Shown here piece by piece: positions 38,397 to 46,075 of a stretch of DNA of 64,000 nucleotides. This stretch comes from a virus. Within the stretch, counting starts at the first letter, position 1. Every line of letters starts with the position of its first letter. The position numbers and the translations under genes were made by a program. The notes below the pieces were generated by a model that had not been told where the DNA came from, ran no database searches, and worked only from the letters and a program-made list of their open reading frames with translations. The stretch lies in IMG/VR virus record IMGVR_UViG_3300042891_001180. One strand, 5' to 3'.

Positions 38397-38466
38397 ATTA
38401 TAAACCAAAAAAAGGAAACCCGCAACTGTTACGTTACGGGTTACGAAAGTAACTATAACTAGTTAC
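38397..38466 (-). promoter_or_regulatory. Promoter TTGCGG-N17-TATAAT with three GTAAC copies and the 18-mer
   Basis: gttac at 38428, 38433 and 38440; GTAACTATAACTAGTTAC at 38449-38466. Confidence 0.7.
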
Positions 38467-38783
38467 TATTCTATAAATTCAGATTTAAATGAAACATCAG
38501 TATTTTCATATAAGGCTTGAATATCTGTAAAAATACTAGATGAAGAGTCGTTTAAATAATTAAGTAACTGGGTATTATCTTCAGAGTTATTACTTACCTT
38601 TAAATAAACATTTTTTAAATCATCAGACCATGTTAAAGTATATTCCGAGCTTGGAAAAATATTACTTATAATTTCTTTGATTCTAAAACTTTGCTCATGA
38701 AGAGGAGTAAAGTTTTTTAAGCATAAAAGGTCTGAATCGAATCCAAAGGATGGACGGTTTATTGTTATAAGTAAAGAGGCCAT
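38466..38783 (-). CDS. Hypothetical AT-rich protein behind a late promoter
   Basis: TATAAATA at 38814-38821. Confidence 0.6.
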   Translation of the reverse strand: MASLLITINRPSFGFDSDLLCLKNFTPLHEQSFRIKEIISNIFPSSEYTLTWSDDLKNVYLKVSNNSEDNTQLLNYLNDSSSSIFTDIQALYENTDVSFKSEFIE

Positions 38784-38823
38784 AGGAGGTATCCTTTAAA
38801 AAATATTTTTATATATTTATAGT

Positions 38824-39255
38824 CTAACAATATTCATAGTTAACGGATTCTTGATTCTCCCTGTAGGTAATTGCACCGTTTTTATGATGAAAGTTCTTTG
38901 CCATCTCTGTCTTAGGGGAAAGAGTGACAAATCGTTTGATTTCTGGTTTAGTTTCTTTGATATGTTTTACTGCATCAAAGATTAGGTTTCTTCCTGCCCC
39001 AGGTACATAACTCCAGATGGTATAAAATACCGCTGTGTCTGCTTGCCCGTCAATGAATAATTCACTTTCGGAGGAAGGAATAGATGGTTGATACGATACA
39101 CATGTGATAGCTTTTGCTTTGTTTTCATCATCTTTAAGGACAAAAATGTCCTTGCTATCGCCAAATCTCTGTATATGTGGTATGTGGGGGCGTACGGGGT
39201 CTTGATTTAACAAACTAAAAAAGCTATCAGTCAGGCTTCTGATCTGATATAACAT
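38824..39255 (-). CDS. Hypothetical protein, possible GNAT-like fold
   Basis: DPVRPHI, FYTIWSY..GAGR.L, VTLSPKTEMA..FH.KNGA. Confidence 0.6.
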   Translation of the reverse strand: MLYQIRSLTDSFFSLLNQDPVRPHIPHIQRFGDSKDIFVLKDDENKAKAITCVSYQPSIPSSESELFIDGQADTAVFYTIWSYVPGAGRNLIFDAVKHIKETKPEIKRFVTLSPKTEMAKNFHHKNGAITYRENQESVNYEYC

Positions 39256-39415
39256 TTTTGTTTCTTTCTTCTATTAATTTAAATGCTTCGTCTTCTATAA
39301 CTGCGTCGTCTATTTCCTTAGGAGACTTAGAAAAAATAGCGTCCCAGTTACTACTGTATTTATCAAAGTCAACGCCGAGAGGACGGGACTTAGAGCCTTT
39401 ACCTCCATCAGACAT
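39227..39415 (-). CDS. Small hypothetical protein
   Basis: MSDGGKGSKSRP...NWDAIF; coupled to neighbours. Confidence 0.65.
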   Translation of the reverse strand: MSDGGKGSKSRPLGVDFDKYSSNWDAIFSKSPKEIDDAVIEDEAFKLIEERNKNVISDQKPD

Positions 39416-39833
39416 TTGGCTTCCTCTTTGCTATGGTACTATGTGCATACTCTTCTCCGAACGACATTACATCGTAATCAGCCAGAATGAGACCTTTGCG
39501 TTCTAGGGAAGCAACAGCGGCAAGGGTAATGAAAGAATTTAAATGCTTATAAACATCTTCAATACATTCAGTCTCTACCCCTTCCGCCTTAGCTAACATT
39601 TCTGCCAGGAGAAGAATATCGCTGAGCCTCTCATCCTCTTCATCCTCTGATGCTTCTAGTATTAACTGAAGATCTTCTGCTCTCGCCTTTTGAAGAAACG
39701 TCCCTATAGACATATAGGGGTTCTTCATTAGATCGGCGGCAAGCAACCTCACCATGGGAAGTATACTATTATTAGTTAGTATTTTCTCAAAGTCTATTTC
39801 CATAGGAAAATTAAAGTCAAAATCCTCATCCAT
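39408..39833 (-). CDS. Acidic hypothetical protein
   Basis: 141-aa ORF overlapping both neighbours. Confidence 0.65.
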   Translation of the reverse strand: MDEDFDFNFPMEIDFEKILTNNSILPMVRLLAADLMKNPYMSIGTFLQKARAEDLQLILEASEDEEDERLSDILLLAEMLAKAEGVETECIEDVYKHLNSFITLAAVASLERKGLILADYDVMSFGEEYAHSTIAKRKPNV

Positions 39834-40323
39834 CGATTACCTCATTAAGACGTTTAATCGTAGCATTTATATCCCCTAGGTGATAGATAGCAATGCCTCC
39901 AGCGGCATTCCATTCCTCAATGTTAGAAGGACGATCATCAACTAGAATATCACCCGGAGAACACCATTTTTGTTTATCATGGCTGAAAGGACCTATATCC
40001 ATTCTCATACCTGGAAAATACTTATCAACCCAGGCTTGCTTGTCATCTCGAGCCGATGGCATAGTGGTACGACGAGGCACGGCAGTAAGAAACTGCACAT
40101 TGAACCTTGTAGATAAGCTCTTTACATATGCAACAAGTTTCGTTGCATCAGGCATAAGAGGAAGTTGATAGTATAAACGATCGACAGAGGCAAGCTTGCA
40201 CCACTCTTCGTTCGTAAGATCATGCTTAGAATCATTCCACCCAACAGGGCGGCCTAGAAGGGAAGAGACAAACGTATCAAAGTCTGCAACCACCCCATCC
40301 ATATCTAGATATATTGTTCTCAT
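39826..40323 (-). CDS. HAD-family 5'(3')-deoxyribonucleotidase
   Basis: YLDMDGVVADF, FLTA, K..W, ILVDDR..N. Confidence 0.85.
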   Translation of the reverse strand: MRTIYLDMDGVVADFDTFVSSLLGRPVGWNDSKHDLTNEEWCKLASVDRLYYQLPLMPDATKLVAYVKSLSTRFNVQFLTAVPRRTTMPSARDDKQAWVDKYFPGMRMDIGPFSHDKQKWCSPGDILVDDRPSNIEEWNAAGGIAIYHLGDINATIKRLNEVIDG

Positions 40324-40649
40324 TTAGTTCTTTCCTTCACCTTCTTCAAGTAGATAGAGGCGTTACCTTTAGATATATCGCCCAGCTTCAACTGAAAGAG
40401 AGTAATAAATTGTGCATCGGTTAGACCTTGATTGTTCGTAAACAATTCAATAGCTTGATCGATTTTAGATGAACCTAAAGAGGCAGGCTTTGCAACACTT
40501 TTCTTAGGACTAGGTTTAGTTTTAGGGTCGACTTTTACTACGGGAGCAGTCATAACAAATTTAGCAGGAACTTCAGGGGTAGATTTCGAAATCAATTCCT
40601 TATATTCTGCTTCGGTAACTTCAACATCATTGAAAAAATAACGCATCAT
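40320..40649 (-). CDS. Putative DNA-binding early protein related to 31393-31725
   Basis: LGDISKGNASIY; promoter GTAAC-GG-TTGCCG-N17-TATAAT at 40668-40703. Confidence 0.6.
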   Translation of the reverse strand: MMRYFFNDVEVTEAEYKELISKSTPEVPAKFVMTAPVVKVDPKTKPSPKKSVAKPASLGSSKIDQAIELFTNNQGLTDAQFITLFQLKLGDISKGNASIYLKKVKERTK

Positions 40650-40707
40650 ATCTCCTTACAATGCGTTATTATAACCTAATTTATCAGTTACGGCAACCGT
40701 TACGTTA

Positions 40708-41157
40708 TTAGAAGTTATGAAAAACTTTAACTATATTTGGCTTATTAATAAAACCAGCTTTCACCTCATCGTTTAAGATGGGTTTTTCAGTGATTGATGA
40801 TTCTTTAAGATTATCGGCTAACTCAATTTGATTTACAAAGTAAGATGGGTCGATTAAGTCTTGATCAACATCTCTTATTGCATGAATACAGGCTGCAACC
40901 GTGTTATCTTGTAGTGCAGTTATTCTATGCTTGGTATCTTTAGCAATAAAAATAAACGAGGGGGCTTCATGGGTACTAGAAGCGATAACTCTATCTTTTT
41001 TATCAAACATCTCTACAAGCACCTTACCCGTAGATAATAAAGTACCGTGATCAAATATATGACAGTGACCGTTTTCTACATCACCTGCTTTGACAAAATT
41101 CATTAATCTACAATAGACATTACTTACAGCTAGTATTTTAATAATAGGGTTATTCAT
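40708..41157 (-). CDS. Cupin-like protein
   Basis: GHCHIFDH.TLLSTG, FI.KDTKHRI, CIHA. Confidence 0.7.
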   Translation of the reverse strand: MNNPIIKILAVSNVYCRLMNFVKAGDVENGHCHIFDHGTLLSTGKVLVEMFDKKDRVIASSTHEAPSFIFIAKDTKHRITALQDNTVAACIHAIRDVDQDLIDPSYFVNQIELADNLKESSITEKPILNDEVKAGFINKPNIVKVFHNF

Positions 41158-41277
41158 ATATTTTCCTTAGTTAGTCAATCCATAATTGAGTTTGTTTAAA
41201 AGATTTTTCCTGCTGTAATATTATAGCAGCTAAAAAAAAGCTCAAGGTTACTATTCCTAAGCTTTTGTATAATAAAT

Positions 41278-41508
41278 ATGTGTATGAGAAAACTCAATAC
41301 CTTTTTTAGTCTTGCTCCAGCACCCACATTCTTGATAGGAGCAATAGTCAGCTATGTATACTCTCACCACAACATCTGTGGTGCATTCACTTTAGAAATG
41401 CCTATTATGTGGTTGATTATGGCGGCGGCACATATCAGCCCTTGGCTTATGAGGTGGCAACAGCGAAAGTTTCAAAGATTCCAAACCCGACCTGATAAAC
41501 AGCAGTGA
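41278..41508 (+). CDS. Small 2-TM membrane protein
   Basis: LAPAPTF..GA, EMPIMWLIMAAAH..PW; AATAAATA upstream. Confidence 0.65.
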   Translation: MCMRKLNTFFSLAPAPTFLIGAIVSYVYSHHNICGAFTLEMPIMWLIMAAAHISPWLMRWQQRKFQRFQTRPDKQQ

Positions 41509-41723
41509 TAGTGTCCATCTAGCACTGCTAGTATATCTTTATATAAATCCCATAATCTACCCGGATATTGCTCATAGTAGCCTGAGTCAATATAACCTAT
41601 ATCATAACCTTTTACTGTACCATACGGACCGCGTATATACATGTTTGTAATAAGACCGTGATCTGATTCACCCAGTAGTTCTTGAGCAAAGTGTAGTTGG
41701 GAGTCAATATGTTGCCAATCCAT
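41472..41723 (-). CDS. Hypothetical protein
   Basis: 83-aa ORF with weak support. Confidence 0.4.
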   Translation of the reverse strand: MDWQHIDSQLHFAQELLGESDHGLITNMYIRGPYGTVKGYDIGYIDSGYYEQYPGRLWDLYKDILAVLDGHYHCCLSGRVWNL

Positions 41724-41785
41724 ATGGATGAAGATGTATAGTAAGCAAGGCCTCGCTCTTTCTTTTGGAAAGAGCCAACTACTAA

Positions 41786-42937
41786 TCAGTCACCCGTATA
41801 TTCACCAGGTTTCTTACTGGCGTAATAGTCACCAGGTCCCCCATCCTTCTTAGCAGGACCTTTAGGTACTTTATCTTTGTGAGCACGAATTTCAGCCTTA
41901 ATAGCGTTATTTCGTTCTTGAGCTTTATTAATTGCTTCTTGAGGAGCTTTAGCGCTAATTAATTTAGAAGTTTCAGTATGTGCCGCCATATGCTTACCCA
42001 TCAATTTATCTAGTTCTTTCTTATGAGCAACAGGATCGAAGGGGGCATCTTCTTTCAAAGCACCTGCATGGTGCTTAGACAATTCGAATGTAAATTTACC
42101 ATCCTGTACTTTTTTATTAGTATGAATGGCTTGATGCTTTACATTTGTACCATGAATAGCATTGGCAACAGAGAGATTAGCATGAGTATGAATATTACCT
42201 TCTTCATCCCTTGTAACAACTAAAGGATCTTCATGGGTAGTTTTGATTTCTTCGTGAACTGACTTAATACCGTCCCATATAGCGGCAAAGTTAATACCTT
42301 CTGAAACTGCAGGAATCTTATTACGTTGCTTATCCAAAGGATCAGAACGAAGCATAGGACCGCCTTTGCCGTCTTGATCGGCATCACCTCGTTTAAGCTT
42401 ACCATCTTTAGTAAAGTGAAAGCCTTTAGGGGCACCTTTAGTTTCTACCATATTTTCCTCGTTATATTTCTTTTTAAGGTGATCCGTTACCTTACGATCA
42501 TATTCCCCGGCAGGCTTCTTGGAAGCAGGTTTAGCGTGCTCAGAAGTATCAAAGTGATGATAGGGTAATGAAGTAAGAGTACTTCCTGACTTAGGACGAG
42601 TCAAATGAACTGTATCGCCTTCACGGTGAGCATGAACTGTAGAATTAGTCTCGTCTTTAAATGTCGTCTTCATACCAGGTCTTAGCTTTTTAATAGCAGA
42701 CTGGTGTTCAGGGTGGAGAGGATAAGAGGTATCCGAGCCATGATGAACAGTCATCATAGTTCCCCATGAATGTTTTTCTTTCTTGACAGAGACTGCTTCT
42801 TGAAGATCTTCCTTAACTACTTTAGTTTTCTTAGGTTTGATCTCTACGAAAGACAAAGGATCTTCAGGAGCATCGTCAACTTGCGATACACCAGGTTCTA
42901 CGTAGTTGCCTTCTCTAATAGATTTAAATAACTTCAT
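41786..42937 (-). CDS. Lys/His-rich modular protein, candidate head-internal protein
   Basis: GGAG RBS; CATAAATA late-like site; repeated (I/L/V)-x-E sites (IREG, VKED, LQEA, VSEG, LKED). Confidence 0.6.
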   Translation of the reverse strand: MKLFKSIREGNYVEPGVSQVDDAPEDPLSFVEIKPKKTKVVKEDLQEAVSVKKEKHSWGTMMTVHHGSDTSYPLHPEHQSAIKKLRPGMKTTFKDETNSTVHAHREGDTVHLTRPKSGSTLTSLPYHHFDTSEHAKPASKKPAGEYDRKVTDHLKKKYNEENMVETKGAPKGFHFTKDGKLKRGDADQDGKGGPMLRSDPLDKQRNKIPAVSEGINFAAIWDGIKSVHEEIKTTHEDPLVVTRDEEGNIHTHANLSVANAIHGTNVKHQAIHTNKKVQDGKFTFELSKHHAGALKEDAPFDPVAHKKELDKLMGKHMAAHTETSKLISAKAPQEAINKAQERNNAIKAEIRAHKDKVPKGPAKKDGGPGDYYASKKPGEYTGD

Positions 42938-42971
42938 TGTTTCTCCGAGGATTATTTACTATTATTTATGA

Positions 42972-43511
42972 TTATTCAAAATTCATTACAAATGAAAATC
43001 TAAAATTTGTAGTAGTTACAGGAATAGTGTTGCTTTTATGAGGAATAGATGAATCAAACAAAACAATCCGGCCAGGTTTAAATAAAGACGTATAAAGTAC
43101 TTCATCTATTAAGTCGTTAACAAATAAAGTTTCCCCCCCATCATTAATAGACCACTCAAGATTGGCATAATAAAGAAGTGTAAGACCTCCAGGATCACTA
43201 TGAAAATAATGTCTGGTTAAAAAATTAGAACTAAAAACATAACTTCGAGTAATTACTTTATTTTTAATATATTTTCTAAGTATATTAATAAGATAAGGAG
43301 AAAAAAATTTTGAATTTTTTAAATCTTCTTGAGAATAATTGCTTTGAATGTATTCTCTAAGGTTTGCATTAAGCTCCGGATTTGCTGTTCCGTTAAATCT
43401 AAACGGCCCTGAAGTAAAAAAAGAATAAAAATTAAGTCTTTCACTATAACTAAATACATCATCAAAAACTATAAGTTGTTTGCCATTAAGGGTTAATTCT
43501 TTTATAATCAT
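42972..43511 (-). CDS. 2OG-Fe(II) oxygenase
   Basis: FHSD, LYYAN.EW...GGET, PGRIVLFDSSIPH, RFS. Confidence 0.82.
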   Translation of the reverse strand: MIIKELTLNGKQLIVFDDVFSYSERLNFYSFFTSGPFRFNGTANPELNANLREYIQSNYSQEDLKNSKFFSPYLINILRKYIKNKVITRSYVFSSNFLTRHYFHSDPGGLTLLYYANLEWSINDGGETLFVNDLIDEVLYTSLFKPGRIVLFDSSIPHKSNTIPVTTTNFRFSFVMNFE

Positions 43512-43522
43512 TGTTATACTTT

Positions 43523-43936
43523 TTAATTTTCGTAATCATCAGTTTTAATTACAATATGACCGATACGAATTTCACCATCCCATTCACGGCGATTTTCATA
43601 ACGATCTCCTCCTGAAACGGTAAAGTCGCTATCAAATTGAATAATCTGACCGCCTCGGGTAGAATTACCATCAGCATTCAAGTCAATATCATTTAATGCA
43701 ATACAGCCAATCAAGCCAGCATCTACACCGTATTCTTCTCCGTTTTGATCTCGATAGCTTCCATCACCCCATTTGGTATTAAACGATGCAAACCTACGGC
43801 CATCCTTCAACTCAAACATACCTTGGTTACATCCATGGTCGTCTCGTCCTTTAAAGAACAAACCACATACCTCATCCCACTCATCATGCATTACATAGCA
43901 CAAATCACCTACATAGTACTTGCCAGCTGGAAACAT
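43523..43936 (-). CDS. Hypothetical phage protein
   Basis: YYVGDLCYV, T.WGDG.Y, VDAGLIG; promoter GTAAC-AG-TAGAAG-N17-TATAAT at 43964-43999. Confidence 0.72.
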   Translation of the reverse strand: MFPAGKYYVGDLCYVMHDEWDEVCGLFFKGRDDHGCNQGMFELKDGRRFASFNTKWGDGSYRDQNGEEYGVDAGLIGCIALNDIDLNADGNSTRGGQIIQFDSDFTVSGGDRYENRREWDGEIRIGHIVIKTDDYEN

Positions 43937-43978
43937 AATTGACTCCTAAATATTGATAAGACAATTATATACTACTTA

Positions 43979-44527
43979 ATGATTCACTTCTACTGTTACG
44001 ACGTAACAAAGACAATTCTAATTTCCGACCAGCCTGTTGACAAGGTGAGAATTAAGTATGGCCATCGTTACGAGTTACTTAACTCAATTAAAGATAATTC
44101 TGCTGTAGACGTAATAAGGACCAGACTGTTACGTAGTTACAGTAAGTATGAGTTTATTGAATGGTATCAATATGTTCGTAAGCCAATGTCAGAAGAGACT
44201 AGACGAAAGATGTCTGAGGCAAAGATGGGTAAGCCTAGAGACGAGGCCACAAGACAGAAGATATCAGCTGGCTTAAAAGGTAGATCCAACTTTCAGGGTA
44301 AGAAGCATAGCGCAGGTACCAAAGATGTAATGGCTGAGAAGAAGTTAGGAAACCAGCATACCAAAGACTCTTATTGGGCATACGATCCTAAGACAGATAA
44401 AGAGACAAGAGTTAGAGATAGAAACAACCTGCCCCCTGGATATACATTAGGAAGAGACTATGACTCTATTGAGGTTGGACTTTATCATATAGATGAACAC
44501 AGAAAATTAAGAGCGCGTAATAGCTAA
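43979..44527 (+). CDS. NUMOD3-repeat DNA-binding protein (homing-endonuclease-associated modules)
   Basis: MSEETRRKMSEAKMG, EATRQKIS, GKKHSAGTK..M; PPGY.LGR tail. Confidence 0.75.
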   Translation: MIHFYCYDVTKTILISDQPVDKVRIKYGHRYELLNSIKDNSAVDVIRTRLLRSYSKYEFIEWYQYVRKPMSEETRRKMSEAKMGKPRDEATRQKISAGLKGRSNFQGKKHSAGTKDVMAEKKLGNQHTKDSYWAYDPKTDKETRVRDRNNLPPGYTLGRDYDSIEVGLYHIDEHRKLRARNS

Positions 44528-44905
44528 AATCTTTTCTATTTGTTTTTCTATAATAGGTGCACGCCCTGGCCATTTAATCGTATCCTTCTCAGGATTTTTC
44601 ATTAAATTCACTAAAAGCGGCAGAATTAATTTTTCAACAGCTCCTAACTTATCTTTAACATCTTTTTCTATTAACGCTTTATACTCATCAGTATCTAAAG
44701 GTGTTGATACATTTTCTAATCGTTCTAATATATTTAAAACCTCTCCTAAATTAATCTCAACATTACGAATTCTTTCAATAATAGGTTCTGAGATTTCCTG
44801 AGAGGAGACAGCTGGAGACTGTACTACAGGGGGAAGACCTTCATCGTCAGTGGTTGAAAAACCAAAGTCGAATGATGAGTCTAGATATTCTTTAGGTATT
44901 GCCAT
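44507..44905 (-). CDS. Hypothetical protein of T4-like phages
   Basis: FDFGFS, ILPLL.NL.KNPEK..I.WP.R. Confidence 0.75.
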   Translation of the reverse strand: MAIPKEYLDSSFDFGFSTTDDEGLPPVVQSPAVSSQEISEPIIERIRNVEINLGEVLNILERLENVSTPLDTDEYKALIEKDVKDKLGAVEKLILPLLVNLMKNPEKDTIKWPGRAPIIEKQIEKILAITRS

Positions 44906-45464
44906 TTGTTTGTTCTTCCATTGCTCTCTTAATTTCAAAAAGCTTTTTCTGTGTATACTTCTTGACTAGTTTTTGTTTATAATTATTAAGACGCTTGGAT
45001 GCCAGATCCCATTTCAATTTAGATACCTTATCTTTAATAGTGGTACCCTGGAGATTATCAAAGGCATGTTGAAATATTCTAGCTGTTAGACCCTGAAACT
45101 CCTTCTGCTGTAACTCACCGTTCTTATTATAGTATTCTACCGTAACAGCAATTGGTCTTTTTACTATAACAAGGATACCTGGGAACGTTAAACTTCCCTC
45201 GTTCATTAATGCTTCTTCTTTCGAATAAGATATAATGGTAGGATTAAATACTTCTAAATTAACGTTATCTACCCCCATTACAAACATACTCATATCAAGG
45301 CCTACCTGAGGGGCAGATAAAGCGGCTCCTCCCATCTCTGTCATCCTATCCAACATGATGTTAGTAAGCATCGGGGCATCTACATCATTAAAGTTAAACT
45401 TAGAAGCAATCCATAAAGGAAGTTCGTTAGCGGGGACAAGTTTTAGTTCGCTTTTTTTTATCAT
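44892..45464 (-). CDS. Peptide deformylase homologue with degenerate active site
   Basis: GAALSAPQVG, FNP.I, EGSLTFPG, KRP, ARIFQHAFDNLQG. Confidence 0.8.
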   Translation of the reverse strand: MIKKSELKLVPANELPLWIASKFNFNDVDAPMLTNIMLDRMTEMGGAALSAPQVGLDMSMFVMGVDNVNLEVFNPTIISYSKEEALMNEGSLTFPGILVIVKRPIAVTVEYYNKNGELQQKEFQGLTARIFQHAFDNLQGTTIKDKVSKLKWDLASKRLNNYKQKLVKKYTQKKLFEIKRAMEEQTNGNT

Positions 45465-45472
45465 TTTATTCT

Positions 45473-46075
45473 TTAATATGCAAACATTGACATTGTAAAG
45501 CGTCCTGAGCACTCTATTGAAGAGTCAATCATTGTTATTTCTGAAACTTCATGAACATTGTGGCTAAGAAATACAACGCTCATATTATTTTGAACCGGTA
45601 TAGTTATATTATATTCTGAAAATTTAAAATCTCCTCCTGTAAAGTTTTTTGGTTCTTTAAAAAACCATGCGCATATGCTTAAATAAGCTCTGTCTGTATG
45701 AGCCTTATAATAATCTGCAGTTTCATAGTATGATATTAATGTAAAGTATTTTTTTGGTAAATAAATTGACGAGTAATCTGGGTGGAATTGAAAATACAAA
45801 TCCTTCATATCCTTAGTAAGAAATTTACGATTTAATCTTAAAATATCAGAAAAGTCTCTGTTTTTATATACATGATCAAGAAAGACCCCTTTATTTTGTT
45901 TTAAAAAAAACTCTTTTTCAGAATCGATACCTACAGCTCCTCCAGTCTCGTTTGGATAGAGTAATTTTGGATGAATAAATTCAAGTTCGCGATTTATAAT
46001 TTTTAGTTCATCAGGAGTAAATACTTCATTTATAACCATATATGGTATTGGTTCTTTTACATAAGTAATAATCAT
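45473..46075 (-). CDS. 2OG-Fe(II) oxygenase
   Basis: YKAHTD, FTGGDF, HEV, GRF. Confidence 0.8.
   Translation of the reverse strand: MIITYVKEPIPYMVINEVFTPDELKIINRELEFIHPKLLYPNETGGAVGIDSEKEFFLKQNKGVFLDHVYKNRDFSDILRLNRKFLTKDMKDLYFQFHPDYSSIYLPKKYFTLISYYETADYYKAHTDRAYLSICAWFFKEPKNFTGGDFKFSEYNITIPVQNNMSVVFLSHNVHEVSEITMIDSSIECSGRFTMSMFAY

Noticed and set aside
31807-38466. CRISPR array or insertion sequence from the GTAAC repeats
   Set aside because: Repeats are kilobases apart with no regular spacers; no cas or transposase genes
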